In this document: positions 38,158-52,290 of the stretch, in pieces
Layout: each line of letters begins with the position of its first letter
Position numbering within the stretch: position 1 is the stretch's first letter
NCBI RefSeq assembly: GCF_036321535.1
Contig: NC_087436.1
Coordinates: 84,508,001 to 84,572,000 of the forward strand
Length of the DNA: 64,000 bases
Reading direction: 5' to 3'
Source of the DNA: Camelus dromedarius
Taxonomy: Eukaryota
Notes under the pieces: generated by a model
Database searches by the model: none
The model's input: only the letters and a program-made list of their open reading frames with translations
Told to the model about the DNA's origin: nothing
Program-made: the position numbers and the translations under genes

Positions 38158-40975
38158 CTCCACCCTCTGTCAACTTGGCACTCGTGCACAGCTCCTTAAA
38201 CCATACTTCCTTTCCAAATAGAGTCCACGACAAAGTCATACTTCCACTGACATGATACAACTATCCTGCCTACATCTGAAAACACACTAAGCCATCCCCC
38301 AGAAAGAGATGCAAAGTCCTTGGATGATGCTCACACTTCTGCAATTTATATACTGAGATATAAAGTTATTATTAATACATCTCATGTTAATGTTAAGGAG
38401 ATAAGAGAGAAAGCAAAAACATTTGGTTAACATATACAAATGTATTCATAACAAAATAAGGAAGAATTGCCTATAACTATTATGGGTTGTTTCTGCAATG
38501 GCCATGTGGTTGTTGCTGGTCTTTATAGCTATCTCCGTTCACTACCCATTCCATATTTCTTTTGCCCTAAGCAAGGACCTCAGCTGATTATGGTTCTTCG
38601 CCTGGTTAGATGACTCAAACCTGCATTCTTGAAGAACCTGGTCCGTTAGCTGCCCTGAACTGGGCTGTTGTAGTTTTGATTCCCTCACAGGACACAAGAA
38701 TACCAGGAGATGCCCTAAAGGATCTCCTGTATTCCAGACATACTCTTCCTGACCTCCATTATACAGCAGTGGTGAATTTTCCCTTGGTAATCAGAGTCCA
38801 TCACTCCAACCCATACAGTGGCCCACTTCTTTGCCTGCTGATTGAGAGATGGGAGTAGCCCCTCTAGTAGGCTGTGTGACAGTCTCAAGAATTTCAATAG
38901 AATCACTGTGGTGTTTCCTGGTGGAAGCATTCCTCCCACTGGAACTAAGAACCCTAGACAAGCAGAACCTAAGGTGAAGGAGACAGGAAGAAAAATTTTC
39001 TGACTAGATCACTAGGAGTGACAGAGAATGGAGCCTCTCCCATATCCACACCTTGATTCCTGGACCCATGAAGCCTGGCTATGAGAGAAACAGCACCCCA
39101 CATATTGGACACTGACTTAGAACACCCACTGCATCCTAGAAGACAGTGCTCCAGTCTCACAAAGCATTGCTACCTCGCTGGCACTGTAACCAAGTCTTCC
39201 AAAGGCCATTCTGCCACTGTACCAGGCCAGCTGCTACAGAATGATGGGGAGCATGGCAAGACCAGTGAATTCCATGAGCAAGGACCTATCAAGTTCCTTG
39301 ATCAGAAGTGATGCTGTGTGAACTTCCATTATAGTAGATACAATAGTCTGTAAGTGCATGGATGATAGTTTTGACAGAAGCACTGCGTGCAGAGAAGGCA
39401 AATCTGTATCCAGAGTACCTGTTCTAATAAGAACAAAGCGCTGCTGTTCCCATGATGGAAGCAGTCCAATTTAATGAACTTGAAACTGGTAGCTAGCTGA
39501 TCGACTGAGGGAATGGTGTCATACTGGGGACTCAATGGTGGTCTCGGGCCTTGGTGAGTGGAAGTCAGAGTTGCTGAGCCCGTCCATAACCTCCATCCCT
39601 GAACACCATGGCCATTTTGTTCATAAGCCCACTGGACAATGACAGTGTGGCTGGGAAAAGAGGCTGACAGGTATCCGCAGAATGGGTCATCCTATCCCTT
39701 GACTGTTAAAATCCTCCTCGGGTCACCCTTTGGAGAGCATTTAAGACACAAATATCTTAAAACGCTTTGCCCACTCAGAGAGGTCTATCAACCCACCTCT
39801 TGCCCAGATCTCTTTGTCATCCATCTTCCAATCATATTCCTTCCAAGTATTCCTTCCGACCAGCCAAACCACTGGCCACAACCTATGACTTGTTACAGAC
39901 TTAAACCTTTGACCATTTCTCCTAACAAAAAACATCAACAACCAGATGCACTGATTGAAGTTCTGCCCACTGGAAGGATTTCCACTCACCACTGTCCTTT
40001 AGGGCTGTCCTAGGATGGGGCTAGAATGTGACAGCTTTCAAGTGGTGCCTGAATATCATGCAAAACCATCCCTAAGCCAGGTCCGAATTTTCTCTTCCTC
40101 AGTCAACTAGTCGTAGGGAACTCCCCATGGGGCCACAGGTGCAGGCTGGGAGAGAGAAGGCAGTGGGCAGGAGTGGGGGCCAGGGGCATTCGGGCCACTT
40201 CTTCCTGTAACTTACTTGTGCCTTCAGAGCCTGCATGAACCTGATCTCATATATAGCACTTCCCTTAATGATGGAGGGCTGCTGTGCATGCCTAGCTTAA
40301 TGGCCTGGTGGGTCAGACAACACCCAAGTCATGAAGGGCAGCTCAGGTCATACGGTAACTTGGTGGCCTGCAGTTAAGCGTTCAGTCTCTGCTAACACCT
40401 ACCACAGGCAAGCAAAACACTGTATCTCAAAAGGAGAGAGTTTTCTACAGAAGATGGCAGGGTTTTGCTCCAAAACTCTAAGAGTATGTGTTGTGATTCA
40501 CCTACAGGGGCCTCCAAAGGCCCCAGACAGCGTCCCCATCCACCACTGCCACTTCAAGCACCTCTGGATCTGCTGGGTCCCATGGATCAAAGGGCAGAGC
40601 AGTCTGCACGGCAGCCTGGACCTACTGCAGAAGTTTCTCTTGCTCTGGGCACTACTCCAAATGAACAGCTTTTCGAGTCGCTTGGTAAATGGGCCAGAGA
40701 AGCAGACCCAAATGAGGAATATGCTGCCTCCAAAACCCACCAGGCAGTGGACGTCTGGTGGCAGGAGGGGTCAGATACAACAACTTAGCCTTCTCCTTAG
40801 GAGGGATTATCATGACATGCCCCAGACTACTAGACCCCTAGACATTTTATTAATGTGAAAATCCCCTGAATTTCAGTGGAATTTATTTCCCATCCTCTGT
40901 CACAAAAATGTCTGGCCAGTATGTCTAGAGTGATTGCTGCCTCCTGCTCACCGGGTCCAATCACCACGTTTGCAA
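38158..40975 (-). pseudogene. Decayed ERV-L internal region (RT end, RNase H, integrase, dUTPase-like)
   Basis: Broken ORFs carry ERV-L motifs: WKEYDWKMDDKEIWARGGLIDLSEWAK (RNase H), SPQYDTIP..DQLAT (integrase), ARLHGSRNQGV, and GGMLPPGNTTVI...LNQQAKK...DSDYQGKI. Many stops and frameshifts; no gag or 5' LTR seen. Confidence 0.88.
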
Positions 40976-43900
40976 GGTTGTAGCCTCTGTGACATCATTA
41001 TGTGTCACTTATTTCTTTTAAAAACAAACTGATTTTTAAAAGATTCAGTGGTCTCAGTCTGATATTCTTTCAATCCTGAACTGTTAACAATTTCAAAATC
41101 TTTATGTTTGTACATTGGTACCTTCATTAAATTGAGAGCTGAGTGGTACTGATACACCAGAGAAGAGCCCTGAACAATGTCAATGTTTACTGAGGCTTGT
41201 TGAATGGAGGATTTTCTGTTAACTTATGTGACTATCACAAGTTTAATGCGAAATGAGCTAAATGGTTAGACAGTTGAAAATTATAAGAAAAACTGTAGTA
41301 ATTATTGACAATACAAGATTCAATTAAGGTTAGCTAAATAATAAGTTACAGATTTCAGAATGATTTGATTGACTAATACTTTTTTTTTTTAACTTAGGGG
41401 CAGGTGCAATTTTAGTTCCTTCTAGATAAAAGATGACTTGAGGGTCAAATTCTGGAACCACACCTATGTAAAATTCTTAGAGATGTGACAGAAGTCACTA
41501 GGTTCTATTATGTGAGCATCAGTTATTGATAAATTTAGCAGGGATTCTAGATGGTACTAGTTGAAAGTGAATCAAGGTCAAAGTGACACTCCTGGACCCA
41601 TAGGGCAAAGTGCTTGTTGCTTGTTGAGTACATGACCCAGGAAATACAGACCCAAGTGGTAACAGAATGAAACCATTAGTGTTCACATGGTCTAGGAAAG
41701 GAGTAAGACCTCACCTGGTCCTCTGTGACTACCAAAGGGTAGAGCTATCATTTCTGAAAACAGAAAAAAAAACCCCCCCAAAACTAAAACTATTTTAAAA
41801 GATTTCCCAATAAAATTCTATAGTCTCAGTATTCCAGATTGTGTCAGGTGGTCCTGTCAGGCTATTCTTTGAGCCAAACCCCATTTTTCCCCCCTACTAG
41901 CATGTTTATTTTTTTTGGCTCCTTACTCTCTTCTCACTGGAGAGCACTCTGTGGGGATGAAGCCATCCTTCGAGAATCACTGCCCTCCCACCAGCTCTCT
42001 CATTCCCAGAGTCAATCTCAGACAACAGCTCAGACAGGGAACAGATTCACACTGGCAATGTCCTATTCTGGAGAGACACAAAAAGACACATCCACTACCT
42101 GTTTTGTCGAACTTTTCCAGTAATTCATGTACCAGGTACTGGTGGAATAAATGATAATCCAATTCTGAGACTCTAAGGGTCCATGATCTAAATTTCCACC
42201 CGCATCTTAGATGTGTTACCTCTTTGACTAATACCCACTGGGTTTGTGTGATGTGGAAGCAGGGAAAAAACCCAAAGCTATCCTTTGTCCTTTTATCGTT
42301 GGGAATCATTTCTGTGAGGTAATCTAGGTTCTGAGGTGACAAGTGTCTTAGGAATGAAAATTTCTGCCACACAACTCACTGTCCAAGCCTTCAAGGAGAG
42401 TCACAGGAGCTCCACAACGAACATCAGGAAACCTCACAAAGGAAACCTCACTCCTGGACCACAAAACTTCATGGTTCGAATTTTATTACCTCAGCCCTCG
42501 GGGCAAATATTGCTGCCTTTTGATTTGTTTGTTTTAGCATCACTGAGTCCAATAGCGGCTAAAACTGTGATTTTCTGCGACCTATTTCTCAACAATAAGG
42601 AGATACGCTCTTCATCTCAAGAAGTCACGTGAAGGTGGGGAAACAAACCTCAGAATCTTGAAGACCTGGGTTTATTTAGTCACTGCTGCCATTTTCTAGA
42701 TTCTTAGGACCTCAGTTTCCACATCTGTAAAATGAAGCAACTAAACTATATACTATCTAAGGTCCCCTCCCTGTTCTAAAATTCTATAAACTGTTTCTTT
42801 AAAAAGCTAGGGAAGTTTAGAATATATTCTGGCTTATAAGACCTGTAACTCTTTTCATAAATTATCTATTAATTATATTCATTATATTTTCTCCATTCCT
42901 GGTTTGTCTCCTAATTACAATGGCTTTGCTACCACTGTGCTTCTTTTGCAAAATTAAGGACTTTCAGGGCTTGGAAGCAGCAATAACATAGTCTACAAGC
43001 CAGCAAAGAGAGCCAAGTCATTCCATCTCTTTGTATCAGGATCCAGGGTCCCACTCCTAAGAATGAGAATGCTGATGGAGAAGGAATAGTGTCACAGTCC
43101 TAGAACTTGTACCCCTACCCCCATTACCCCACTGACATCCTGGGGTCTGAATCACTGAAGTTTCTAAGAAAAGTGATTAACATGAATGGCAAATCTGGGA
43201 AAAACACGTGGACCTGCCTTCAGATACACCTCTAAGATATCAGGGATTACATTAGCCACTCAGGGTTCTTTTAAGTCCGAAAGGCAAAGTCAGATGGGTC
43301 CCAGACAGCCTGAGACTTCCGGGTCAATGATACAAATGGAGACAGCTTTAGTTGCTGGCCAATTCTGCCTCAGTATATTCAGATTTTGCTAGCCCTGCAT
43401 TTGCCTGTCTGCTTTTCTTGGTGTCTTACATATTCAGGAATACACGCCCTACCTGGGTTCTTACTTCACCTAATAATCCTACAACTTAATGTCCTGTCTT
43501 CTAAACTCAGCCCACCTATGGAGAAGCAATGCTATTCCATCCAGCACAGGTCAGCGCTAACCCTGCAAGAGCCCTGTGTCCATGGTGATCAGTGCAGATC
43601 TGGGGTGATGACTGACCAACACATACTTACTGCAGTCCTACTGGGTACAGAGCACTGAGCTAGCACTGGCATATCACAGGAATTCTTGAGTTCCCGACAC
43701 CAGCTAATACTCAAAACTTAAGAGGAGAGTAAGTTGTTTTTTCAAGATTCACAAAGTTTTCAACATTCTGGCCTCCTATGAGAAAAAATTGAAGTCTTCC
43801 TGGGGAAAACCCCCCTGGTAGCAGCTGATAGGGCTCCCTCTACCCGAGGGTCCAAAGGCTTGAGTGCTGGTGACGATGGTGGCATGTGTGTGTACTGGAG

Positions 43901-45867
43901 GTGGGCTGAAAAGAAGATGTAAAGTCTTCCTTCGAGGACACGTGAAGCCCAGGTAGGTATGAACTAAGGGGAACCCTAAAGCCACTGTCCTTCAAGTGGT
44001 GAGTGACAGCTCACTTAGTGGACACTGCTATCAATTTAGTGGGCCAGGACCAAGAACTCTTTAAAACTAAGAAAAGAAGAGAAGAGAGTGGAATAAAAAA
44101 CAGGGTCAGTACGATTTCATGAAACTTTGGTTTCTAGTTTATATGTATGTGTTTATGTATACGGGTACACACAACTTTATATGCACATATGTTCGGATAT
44201 AAGACATATTTCATGCTCTAGATCAAGTCAAAAACATTTGAGAAATGCTAATCAAGAAAAATTAACAGACTTGCTAGTGAGCTAGGCCTGCACTGCGACA
44301 CAAGAGTCAACAACTATTTATCAACACAAGCCACTGCATATGTGACAGTCACTCTGACTAAATGAGAAAGTGATGCATGCAAAACAGGCTGGGAGCTGCC
44401 AAAGCAATTAAATAAGCTCCCCGACACTGCCAAAGCCAGAGCTGATGCTCATGCTGTGGAATCTCTACTTTGGCTTTGATCATTCTGCTTCTCAAATAGC
44501 AAAACTCTCTTTCAGAGTTGAATAAAAAAATCTTCCACTTCTTCATTAAAGAAGGAAGAAAGGTTTATTAAACTTGAGTCTTTGTGGCTGTTGAGCTTGG
44601 TTTTGGAGCCTAAGTTAAAAACTCCTAATTTGGGGCATAATTTTAATAATAAAAAAAAAAGTCTTCTGCTTTACCTTTTGTATATGCTTTAACATTAGTA
44701 TAAAATTCCTCCAGTATAAAATTTCATGCAGGGAATCAAATCTGCTCCACCAGATTCATTTCTGCTGAATCACATCACTTTACTTTTCAAGTGCCTTTCA
44801 CATAGCAATTTCAAGGAGTTGGGAGTGATGGTTAACTCACTACTCGCTTTCCACATTGGACTAGAGAAGCTACATTAGCTGAACAAGGTCAGATGCCAAG
44901 TGAGTGAAGAAAACAGGTCTGTGGATTCTAAGTCTGATCTCCAGCTGTCTAGCCAGGCCAGAAGACAGACTGTTGAGGAATATTCCATTCCTCTCCATCA
45001 CTTTTTCAAGAATTCCTTTCCTAGATCAGTATCCAAAGTATTGATGAAGCACCAGGGTATTGGACAAAAAGACTGAAAATCACTCTGGAACTGTTAAATG
45101 GAAGTACTGTATCAATCTCCTTCACAAATCATGTGGGAAATTTTAGAACTTGTTACTAACGCCCAGAACCACATAGGTTGAAGACATGAAAGGATGAAAG
45201 GCATCTTCAGACTCATTCATGATAAATTCCCAATGGTATGGAGGACACTTAAAAGATATTTCAAAATATGTTTGTAAAAATTAAATGAAGTTGACGGCAG
45301 AAGGGGTAAATTCTGTTTTTTCTCATAAATAATAATACCAATAAACTTTGTTAAGCCTTGGATAGGTCAGGCTTAAAAGTTTTACGGGTAGTATCTTCAA
45401 ACCACTCTGTAAGTTCTTATTTTTCACATTTCAATAGGTGAGGAGACAGGCTCAGAGAGGTGAAATGATCTGCCCAGTGTTACACGGCTACTAAGTGGCA
45501 ATGCTGATTCAAACCAAGACTGTCTAATTCCAAATACCACGCTCTTAACCGTTTTGCTGCATTCTGAAAGCGTGTGCTGGTGACACTACATGACTGGGAG
45601 CTAACTCTACATGAGACTCATGCTCTGGAGTCAGATCCTGGGTCTGAGTCTCATTTCACTTACTAGTTACAAGACTCTGGACAAGTTCCATAATCTCTTA
45701 AGTTTCTGTTCTCTTCTGTAGCATATGATAATAATAATACAAAGCTTATTGACTTGTAAGGATTAAATGTAACACTGCATATAAAGAACTTTGCAGAATG
45801 TCAGCATACGGTGAATACTAAAACAAACATTAGCGATTATAGTGCTAGTTAGTATTAAGAAATTCAC

Positions 45868-46345
45868 TGATCACCTCACACCAGTCAGAATGTCCATTAT
45901 CAAAAAGTCTGCAAATAATAAATGCTAGAGAGGATGTGGAGAAAAGGGAACCCTCCTGCCCCGTTGGTGGGAATGTAAATTGGTGCAGCCACTATGGAAA
46001 ACAGTGTGGAGGTTCCTTAAAAAACTAAAAATATAGTTACCATATGATCCAGCAATCCTACTCCTGGGCATATAACCAGAAAAGAAGAAAACTATAAACA
46101 AAAATACACACGCACCCCAATGTGCACAGCAGTACTATTTACAATAGCCAAGACATGGAGACAACCTGTCCGTCAACAGCAAAATGTCCATCAACAGATG
46201 AAAGGATAAAGAAATGTGGTATGTATGTATATTACTCAGCCCTAAAAAGAATGAAATAACATCACTTGCAGCAACACGGGTGGACTATCATACTAAGTAA
46301 AGTAAGTCAGACAGAGAAAGACAAATATCATGTATCACTTTATGA
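45868..46345 (+). mobile_element. L1MA-type ORF2 end/3' UTR fragment
   Basis: atcacctcacaccagtcagaatg...gaggatgtggagaaaagggaaccctc...ttaccatatgatccagcaatcc. Confidence 0.88.
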
Positions 46346-48091
46346 GAAAAAAAGCTTAAAAGCTTTAGATATTTCTCAGAGTAATTCAGATTGCCTCAAA
46401 AGATGTAAATAAAGGTTTCTTTATCTTGTTTCACCCCAATCCCAAAACATATTAAATCTCACTGGCATGTATTCTAGATAGTGAAAAAATAATGTTGCCC
46501 CTCTTTCAAGCTGCCTACAATTCTAGACAAACACATAAATAAGTAATATTTATAATATATCAGATATACAGGCAATTACAGGTGCACATACAATTTGAAA
46601 TTAGAGTTCAAATAACCATGAGATGAGGCATTCTCTTTTTCTAGGAGGGCTAGAAACCAACCTATATCTTGATAATAGCTCTGAACTCTGCGGGTCACTG
46701 CCAGGCTCTGGGGTAAAAGGCAAAGACACATTCCAAGAGGAATCCTCCTCCTCCTCCCCACCTCCAACACGGTCCAAGAGGACTGTGTGGAAATGGAGGC
46801 TTTAGCAGACTCCGAAAGACAACTGTTAAGGTAGATACCTGGTGTTTCAGTGAAATTCAGCATATCTAAATAATGCACTGAGACTTGATTGCATCTTAAT
46901 TTTTAAAAATCCACGCTGCTGTTCTCTCTCCAAGCAGACTGTAAGCCACATAAGCACAGTGTCCTCTGCTTCCTTGGACCCCTAATGTGACCCAATGAAT
47001 TGCAGTGGGAGCAAAGAGGCATTTGATAAGTATCTCGTGGCTGAACTGTAGTTCTAGTTCATTGAAAGTGAAAGATTAATTACCGAAAGTTTAAAACACA
47101 GAATCTTCCATGTGTGAGCAACACTAGGTCCCTCAAATGTGCAGTTTTCCTAGTAACATGCCAGCTCTGACTCAGGATGACTTACTTCGAGAAATATTTT
47201 CTAATAACTTGAATGGAGGAAGCTCTCTGTAAACAAATGGCACTGTGTCATCCTCCACAACGCTCCTGACTTTTCAGTGGGAAACAAATCATGCTCCTCG
47301 TCTGTCTGCGAGGAGAGCGTGTATGAGGAGGATAAACTGAATACTCTCTAATGGGATCCCACAGCCCTGCCCCCTGAGAGATTCATTCCACACCTGGGCC
47401 TGCTGTGAGGTTTTATTCATTTACTTATTTATCTGGGGGGAGGGATACCATATAGCATTATCCTCAGCCTCACGGAATCCACTCTCACATATTATTTATC
47501 TTGATAAAATACTGTGGGATGCTGTAAGTATGAAGCCTCCCATGCAAAATCCCCTTCCAAATACCACAGCAGAACTCTGCTGAGCTTCCCTCTCCTGATT
47601 ATTAATTGGAAGGCTCCCAGCTATGGGGGAGAGAGGAAGGACGTGGAGATCCCTCATGGAACTCTGAAAACCCAGATGGGCTTTTCTTTAGATGCCCGAG
47701 TTATCATCAGCTGCCACTCAACAACTGGCAGATCACAGAGCTGGAAAAGTGGCTGATACATTATCACTCACAGCACAGAAGTAGAGCTAGGTGAGAAAAG
47801 GCCATCAGAAGAGCGTTTCATCCCGCAGGACTGAACTAGCAAGAGAGACTTAAGAGCTTCAGAAGATACTGACTACATCTGAGCCCTGACTCTTAGCTAA
47901 TCAAACAGAAAGAAGAGGCACAGTTGGCAAGAGGGTCTCAAGCCACAGTGGTTTTCAGTCTTACTTTTCCACAGTCCCCATGACAGATGATGGTCACAGA
48001 GCACAGAGCTTGAATTATGGATAACTCTCTGTCCCAGCGATAATGCATCCTTTTCTCTCCCATGCAACAAAGTTTATTAAAATGAAGGCTA

Positions 48092-48227
48092 GCAGGGAGG
48101 GTATAGCTCAGTGGTTGAGCATGAGCTTGGCATGCACGAAGTCCTGGGTTCAATCCCCAGTACACTGCTCCATTAAAATAAATAAACAAATAAATAAACA
48201 AACCTAATTACCCCCCCCCCACATAAA
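48092..48227 (+). mobile_element. tRNA-Ala-derived SINE (Vic-1 type)
   Basis: gggagggtatagctcagtgg...ggttcaatccccagtac; TSD taaaatgaaggcta / taaaataaaggcaa. Confidence 0.9.
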
Positions 48228-50626
48228 TAAAATAAAGGCAAGTGGGAATGATTCACAGAGGGCTAACACTGAACGCACCAGAACATTTTTGAGAACTGAG
48301 GTCCCTCACTAACAATACGAGTCCTTGCGGGTTACAGCATTGTAGAAGCCCCACTACCAGGGAGACCAGAAGCTGGAGGCCATGCTCTGACATCATTAAG
48401 GATGACAACCGTTTGCCTATTTTCTTCCCCATTTCCCAATTTCAGAGGGCAAGTCTAGGGCCTTTTCTTCATATTCTACACACTTACGTTCTGGGCTGAC
48501 TGAAGTGTCCCCATCAAATAAATGATACTCTCCCAGCTGGCAAGTTATCCCAGTCAGAGACATCGCAACAGGGGGGATGCATGGCCCAGCAGGGCACTCG
48601 GTACGTTACGATCACAACTCCCACGGCACAACTCAGGTTAGGTTCAGGTACAGTTGGGTTGGCTTTTGACATAGTTCTAATTCCAGTAAGAAGAAAACGG
48701 CCAACAGAATATTCAACTCAAGATTCTGCTCCTGACAGTTGCTCCAAGAAACACTTCATGAAACGGCAGAACTGCCCTCCATGGTACTGTGCCTGCTTCC
48801 TTCCTGACTCTGAAGTTATCTCTACGTCAACTAACTTCACTTCCCTTCAGCGCCCACATACGGCCCCAGGTGAAAATATATCATCTCCTCATTAAAAGAT
48901 ACCAAGAAAAAATAAGGGAGTTGAGAGGGAAGAGATGAGATACTTCAGTTCCATTCAGCATTTCCTAGTTTCAGAGAATAGGAAAACGGCATCTCAAGGA
49001 AGTTTCATTTCCCCTCTCTCTGGCAAAATAAAGATTTTCTGAGCATTGAAGAAAAGAGATGTGGCTGGGTGCTCGGGCCAGGAGGTTGGGACTGGACATC
49101 ACAGCCTTAGGTACCCTGCAGGCCTCTGTCAATGCCCCCTGTCCATCCTCCACTCCATCATATCTACCCAGAGCAAATGCCAGACACGGCTTCTGGGCAA
49201 AACAGACTGAGGCATCATTACATGAGAAACACACCATGGCCTACATTTTACCTCAATCTTATTTAAAAGAAGAGAGGGGAAAAAATAAAAGGATTTAAAT
49301 ACATGAAAATATATCAATGACCTTTAGTGCAAATTATTTGCTACCTCCACCAAACATTGGAAATTTGATTTTTACTTCACTTCTGTGAAGGGCAATAGGA
49401 GAGTGTGTTTGAGAGAGATTATAGGTAGCAAGGCACCATTAGGTATTCTGCTCTTGTATCTGACTTCCGGAAACACTTTGTCCCAGCCAAAGCAATGACT
49501 CTTCACTGTTGCCAATGTCACAATAGGAGCCTGATTTGCTGCAGCAGAGCAAACAGTGTAACCCTCCTTAGAAGAAAGGCTCTGCTCTAGCATTTCTGAG
49601 AGATAAATTTAAGTCAATGTAGAAAATGGAAAATTACTATCACCCTTTTACTATTAAAGAGGGATGATGAAAACAACTTGAAAATATCAAAAGCCTTCGT
49701 TCAGAAAATCAGCAAACATTTCTTCATCTGTTTGTTTTTTGTTATTGCTGTTTTATTTTGGGGCTTGGGGGGCATGTAATGAAACATAGAAATCAGGCAC
49801 AGAGAGATCTGGAGCGAATCTGAGATTACACTACATAGATATTCTAAAGAAACGATGAAAAGTGCTAGCAACTATATACCAGTGGTACTTGGTAGAGAGT
49901 CCTTAAATTTAGATTCATACTCTCATTCACTCAACAATTGCTGTTGCCTATCCACTATGAAAAAGACCTTATAGAAAGTACTAAGATATCACTAATGTAA
50001 GATAGGAAATGATATGTTACATGGGAAGGGGATGGTTATTTCAAGGAGGAAATTATCATTTCTAGATAAAGAAGACTTTCTGGTAGAAGGGGGAAATGAA
50101 CTGGCCTTGAAGGATGAATAAAACAGACTGCTCAGAAATCAGAGAAGTCTTTCTGAGTAGTGAGCCCAAAGAGATGAAGGTGAGAAAATGCAGGCAGCCA
50201 GGGAGCAGAGAGTAGTTCTGATTGCTGGAGGCAGAGGAGACTTAGAGAGGAGTGGTACCAACAGATTTATGGAAGGTCAGGACACAGACTAAGCACACGG
50301 ATATGTGGGAAATGCGTTTGGCCTTCATGAGCTATAAGCAGCAGTTAAATAAAAACTTTTAACAGTAAGAGCAGACAGGACAGATACAGGGCTGGGACAG
50401 GCCACTTCTGGGCGAGATGTTAACCCTTCTGTTGCTGCAAATAGGATTGAATGGGTTAGGACAGGAAGGGTTAGGACAGCTCGGGTGTGGGAAGGGGTGA
50501 CTTTGTGGGGTTTGGAAGAGGCGCTATTTACCAACGAGTACCGAGTATTTCAGAATTTTAGCAACCAGTACAGCCCCGGAGCCAAATATGCTAGCTGAAT
50601 TTCAGTTCTGTCTAAGGTAGGGATGT

Positions 50627-50660
50627 ATGAATGAATGAGTGAATGAATGAATGAATGAAT
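50627..50660. repeat. (GAAT)n repeat, probable L2 tail
   Basis: atgaatgaatgagtgaatgaatgaatgaatgaat. Confidence 0.9.
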
Positions 50661-51883
50661 TTTTTAAATACCCAAAGCTACCTAAAGCTTTTGTTTTTCA
50701 GATCCATGGAAAAGACCTCTACTTGGATGTCCCATAGATACCCCAAAGACAGTAAATCTAAATAAAACTAAACCCATCACATGCTTTCCTAAATGTGTAA
50801 CATCTATGATTACTTCAGGAAACAGCATCGCAAACTACTCAAGCACTCAGGTCAGAAATTTGGGAATCATGATCAGACCTATAACATCATGGCCAGCATA
50901 TGCAGCACATGAACCTTCTTCCGAGTTTTGGGGAACCATCATTGCGTGAATTTTGCTGGGAGCCAGGGCTACTCTCTCTTTCACAGTCTCTGCTTCTGCT
51001 TTCAGAACCTGCTGAAGTTTCCAGAACATATCAAATATAAGGTGGTCCTGAATCTCAGGTAGATAATCTCATGTTTTTCCAATAAGAAGACTATCTTCCT
51101 ATCCTTGACTTTTTGATCAACTTACATACATAATATCTTAGAGATGTAGCTAAAATACAGTCAAATGTGTTCTTAAAAATATTACATTAGTTTAATTATG
51201 CCTATATTAAATTAAATTAATATAGTAATCTGGAAATACTGTATTATTCAACTCTGACATTTTATAAATCAATAATAAATTATTTTTGCTTATTTCTTGA
51301 ATATTCTTCCTCATTATTTTGTCTTCCCACTCTTCCTGAAATTCATATTAGTAAACATTGGGCTTTCTGAAATACTGTCCATTTTTCTTATTTTTTTCTC
51401 ACCATTGCCCATCCTTTTGTTTCCTTTCTTTTACTTTCTGGGAAATTTCTGTAATCTCATCTTCCAACCCTTTTACTGAACTATCTACTTTGTAAATGAT
51501 TAACCTCCAAGAGTTCTTTTTAACTCTCTGAATGACGAGCATTCTACTCCTTCTTTCATGTCAGCAGTATCTTTTCTTATCTCTCTGAGGATTTAACCAT
51601 GTTTCCTTTGAAGTTTTCTGCTGCTCCCTGCCCTGCATTGCCTCTCATTCCTTTGAGTTCCCTTTCCTTGCTTCTTCACTCTGGTTTCAGCCGCTCATGC
51701 TAGATGCTTTAATCAAATGTCTAGTGATTCTTAGCTATCTATTCATATCTAATAATGAAGTGTGAGGAAGCTGTTTTGAAGCTAGCACATGATACGAACT
51801 GGTAGGCTTCACTATAAAGTATTTGAGCAAAACTCCAGGATGGTTTCTGTTTTTGGGTTTTTTTTTTTTGAAATATACATAGT

Positions 51884-52290
51884 GTACTAGTTAAGTTACA
51901 GGCTAAGCTGCTACAACAAAGAGGTCCCCAAATACAATGGCTCATATAAGGTAGGCGGTCACTTCTTTCTCTCTTAACATGCCACAGTTGATGGGTGGTG
52001 CAGGACAAGCTGCTGCTGCTGCTCTTTCTATTCTGTTTTGCTGCTGTATGTCCCCCCAAGGCCTGGTCCGCCTGGCTGAGGCTGCCTCACCAGCACCACA
52101 TCCACATCCCACCTTTGAAAGGACTGAGAGGAAGGGGAGGACAAGAGAGTGAAGTAGAGGCTGCTCCCAGGGCTCAAGAATTTAGTTTGTGGCGGTCACA
52201 TCGCACTGCAAGGGAGCCTGGGAAATGTAGTCTCTGCCTAGGCAGCCCTGTTCCTTGCCGAAACTTGAGGGTATTCTATTAGTAAAAAGG
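51884..52290 (-). mobile_element. MaLR MLT1-type LTR inside old L1M sequence (about 51290-52950)
   Basis: tgtactagttaagttacaggctaagctgctacaacaaa...gcaagggagcctgggaaatgtagtctc. Confidence 0.65.

Noticed and set aside
40331..40858. 175-aa plus-strand ORF
   Set aside because: Antisense to the decayed ERV-L pol; a chance open frame.
47180..47300. Donor GAA|gtaagt as a possible first coding exon
   Set aside because: Both upstream ATG frames hit stops before the donor.
48092..48175. tRNA-Ala-like sequence with A and B boxes (also the other four copies)
   Set aside because: A-rich tails, TSDs and diverged stems identify them as SINEs, not tRNA genes.
49252..49257. 6-nt microexon ATTGAG (aag|...|gtaaaa)
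   Set aside because: It would put TGA in the required frame, and there is no supporting evidence; kept only as a competing donor in the 49168-49257 candidate.
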